In this document: positions 31,814 to 33,820 of the stretch, in pieces | Numbering within the stretch: position 1 is the first letter of the stretch | Layout: each line of letters opens with the position of its first letter | From: Candidatus Pacearchaeota archaeon | GTDB taxonomy: Archaea > Nanobdellota > Nanobdellia > Pacearchaeales > GW2011-AR1 | Assembly (NCBI GenBank): GCA_003554465.1 | Contig: PWGL01000110.1 | Coordinates: 1-33,820 of the forward strand | Direction: 5' to 3' | DNA: 33,820 nt | Made by a program: the position numbers and the translations under genes | Notes under the pieces: model-generated | Told to the model about the DNA's origin: nothing | Databases searched by the model: none | Seen by the model: only the letters and a program-made list of their open reading frames with translations

Positions 31814-33820
31814 TTAGTGTTTCTGGCCAATATGTATTTTTAGGCCTTTTTCCGACTTAAATTCTTTCCCGCAGTCAGGACATTTAACTTTCTTGTCTTC
31901 TTTTGATTCTTTCTTTTTACCACCTTTTCTTTTTTCTTTCTCACTTTTTTCCTTTTTTCCAACTTCCTTATTTTTCTCACCTTTCTCACCGTTCTTTTTC
32001 TTAGCCCAGTCTTTCTCTTTATTTTTCTCACATTTTGGGTTAAAGCAAAAAAACCATGGTTTTTTCCCACTTAGCAATCTCATAAGTATTGGCCAGCCAC
32101 ATTCTTTACATTTTTGATTTTTATTCTCCTTATCTTTCGCAGGTTTTATCATTCCCGGAGGTAATGTATATGTATTTCTACATTTTGGATAGCCAGTACA
32201 TCCTATAAAATACCTCTTCACTTTTCTGTTAAAAATTATTCTCAGGTTCCCCTTACATTTTGGGCATTTCCCTATAGTGTTTTCTTTTTTCTTTTGTTGG
32301 TAATTTTCATTAGTTGCATTAACTAAATCTTTTCCTATTTTATCTTTTTTCTCTTCTATATGGTCTACTATTTTTTTTATCGTTTTTTCGGCTTTCTTTA
32401 TCGTTTTATCTTCTAATTTATTCAACCCTTTCTTTTTCGCTTTAATTTTTTCCATATCTTCTTCAAATTCTTTAGTTAACTCTTCATCTATTATTATAGA
32501 GGAATTTTCTTTTAATGTATCTATCAATTTAATACCTAAGGGGGTTGCCTTGACCGGTCTTCCGTCAATATAACCTCTTTTGAAAAGAGTGTCTACTATA
32601 TTGGATCTTGTAGCTTTTGTTCCAAGTCCCATTTTCTCGAGCTTAGTAATTATTGAGGCGGGTGTATATCTGTTAGGAGGCTTAGTCATCTTTTTTTCTA
32701 TTTTTGATTTTTGAATCTCTTTTTTCCCTTCAATATCTTCTATTTCCTCTTGTTTAAACTTTGAAGGGTATATGGCTGTCCAGCCCTTTTCCTGAATTTC
32801 TAGCCCCTTCGCCTTAAATTTGGCATTATTCTTATCTAGTGTAAATGTTATCTTTTTATCTTCTATCTTTGCGTTTGGAGAGAAACAACTTATGAATCTT
32901 TTTACTACCATATCCAATATTTTTTTCTTATCTCCTTTAACATTTTTATATTCTCCTACAGGGTAAATCGAGGGATGGGCAGGGTCATTTTTTTTACCTT
33001 CAACAGGCTTTTTTCTAGTTACGTAAGCTACTTCTTTGAAATTTTTCTTTAATTTTTTCAGGATTTCTTTTGGCTTTATAGATTCAGGGATTTTTTGAGA
33101 GGAAGTTCTAGGGTAAGAAATTAGCCCTGCAAGATATAGGCTTTGAGCGTTTTTTAAGGTATTAGAGGGGGATATCTTATGCAATCTATAGGCCTCTCTT
33201 TGCAATGTAGATAGGTCAAAAGGGACTGGTGGAGGCACACTTTTATTCTTTTTCTTAGTTTCTGCTATGCCTTTTTCACCTTTTAAATTCTTAAACTCTT
33301 TGAGTTTTTCTTCTTTCTTGATATTTTTATTATACTTTAACCATAATTCATGACCTTTTAAATTAACGAATATTTGCCAGTAGGGTTTGGGTTTGAATTT
33401 CTTAATATCTTTTTCTTTTTCCACAATAAAATTTAATGCGGGTCCTTGGACACGCCCTATAGAGATTATTTTGAATCTTCCTGCCCCTTTTATGGCCTCT
33501 ATCAGTTCATGAGACAAATTAACACCATATAACCAGTCTAGGTTATGCCTTGTCTCTCCAGCTATTGCCTGCCCCCACTCTATATTTTTTCTTAAATTTT
33601 TATAACTTTTTTCAATATCTTCTTTAGTCAGTGTGGAATATTTCATTCTTTTAGCATCTTTCTCTCCTGCCATAAATCTAACAATATTCCATCCAATAAC
33701 TTCTCCTTCTACATCAAAGTCTGTAGCAACTATATATTCTGATGCGTATTTTGCAAGTCTTTGTAAGGTATTATAATAAGGCCTAACCCATTTATTTTTT
33801 TTATAGGCAGGTATCCATTC
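31814..33820 (-). CDS. topA: Type IA DNA topoisomerase; the N-terminus lies beyond the right window edge
   Basis: The frame stays open upstream of the track's ATG to 33820 and reads ...YIVATDFDVEGEVIGWNIV (Toprim DxD-EGE). Also present: the active-site Tyr block GLISYPRTSS, two topo-type Zn ribbons (CPKCKGN...CTGYPKC and CKECGWP...CFNPKC), a K/E-rich linker and a terminal C2H2 finger. Confidence 0.9.
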   Translation of the reverse strand, partial: EWIPAYKKNKWVRPYYNTLQRLAKYASEYIVATDFDVEGEVIGWNIVRFMAGEKDAKRMKYSTLTKEDIEKSYKNLRKNIEWGQAIAGETRHNLDWLYGVNLSHELIEAIKGAGRFKIISIGRVQGPALNFIVEKEKDIKKFKPKPYWQIFVNLKGHELWLKYNKNIKKEEKLKEFKNLKGEKGIAETKKKNKSVPPPVPFDLSTLQREAYRLHKISPSNTLKNAQSLYLAGLISYPRTSSQKIPESIKPKEILKKLKKNFKEVAYVTRKKPVEGKKNDPAHPSIYPVGEYKNVKGDKKKILDMVVKRFISCFSPNAKIEDKKITFTLDKNNAKFKAKGLEIQEKGWTAIYPSKFKQEEIEDIEGKKEIQKSKIEKKMTKPPNRYTPASIITKLEKMGLGTKATRSNIVDTLFKRGYIDGRPVKATPLGIKLIDTLKENSSIIIDEELTKEFEEDMEKIKAKKKGLNKLEDKTIKKAEKTIKKIVDHIEEKKDKIGKDLVNATNENYQQKKKENTIGKCPKCKGNLRIIFNRKVKRYFIGCTGYPKCRNTYTLPPGMIKPAKDKENKNQKCKECGWPILMRLLSGKKPWFFCFNPKCEKNKEKDWAKKKNGEKGEKNKEVGKKEKSEKEKRKGGKKKESKEDKKVKCPDCGKEFKSEKGLKIHIGQKH

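Noticed and set aside
31840-32117. Alternative-frame ORFs (76 and 74 aa) in the C-terminal part of topA.
   Set aside because: They arise from the K/E-rich low-complexity linker, which stays open in several frames. The topA frame carries the zinc motifs.
1-33820. Search for CRISPR arrays, transposases, integrases, long inverted repeats or prophage genes.
   Set aside because: None seen. The only tandem repeat found is the 28-nt duplication at 24356..24418, and the only notable intragenic repeat is the one in tbp.

Overview
This is an AT-rich, tightly packed stretch of archaeal chromosome. Markers include TBP, MCM, ATP-dependent DNA ligase, aRF1, ribosomal protein L15e, NAC, Sec61-beta, Rpo11/RpoL, an aMBF1-like protein, RadB, type IA topoisomerase and two tRNAs with anticodon-loop introns. 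Convergent genes sit 0-9 nt apart and several start/stop codons overlap, which suggests a reduced, DPANN-like genome; that lineage guess is inference only. I call 43 protein genes (two run off the window edges, one is a 55-aa ORF missing from the track) and 3 tRNAs (Ile-GAU and Gly-CCC with introns, Pro-GGG). I found no rRNA, CRISPR array, transposase or integrase. All three stop codons terminate clear genes, so the genetic code looks standard. No single feature is an obvious novel system. The strongest candidates are: (1) an endonuclease V homologue with three catalytic positions substituted but the wedge motif intact; (2) an ica/pga-like operon of a processive GT2 synthase, a single-pass membrane protein and a CE4 deacetylase; (3) a MinD/ParA-type ATPase downstream of two paralogous unknown helical proteins and a 598-nt non-coding island; (4) two unknown proteins interleaved with tRNA genes; (5) translationally coupled meso-DAP dehydrogenase and DAP decarboxylase next to an unknown protein; (6) a three-gene PIN toxin-antitoxin locus with a palindrome over its predicted transcription start; (7) a compositionally deviant 107-aa ORF. 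Every functional call rests on motifs read by eye from the translations. No database search was run.
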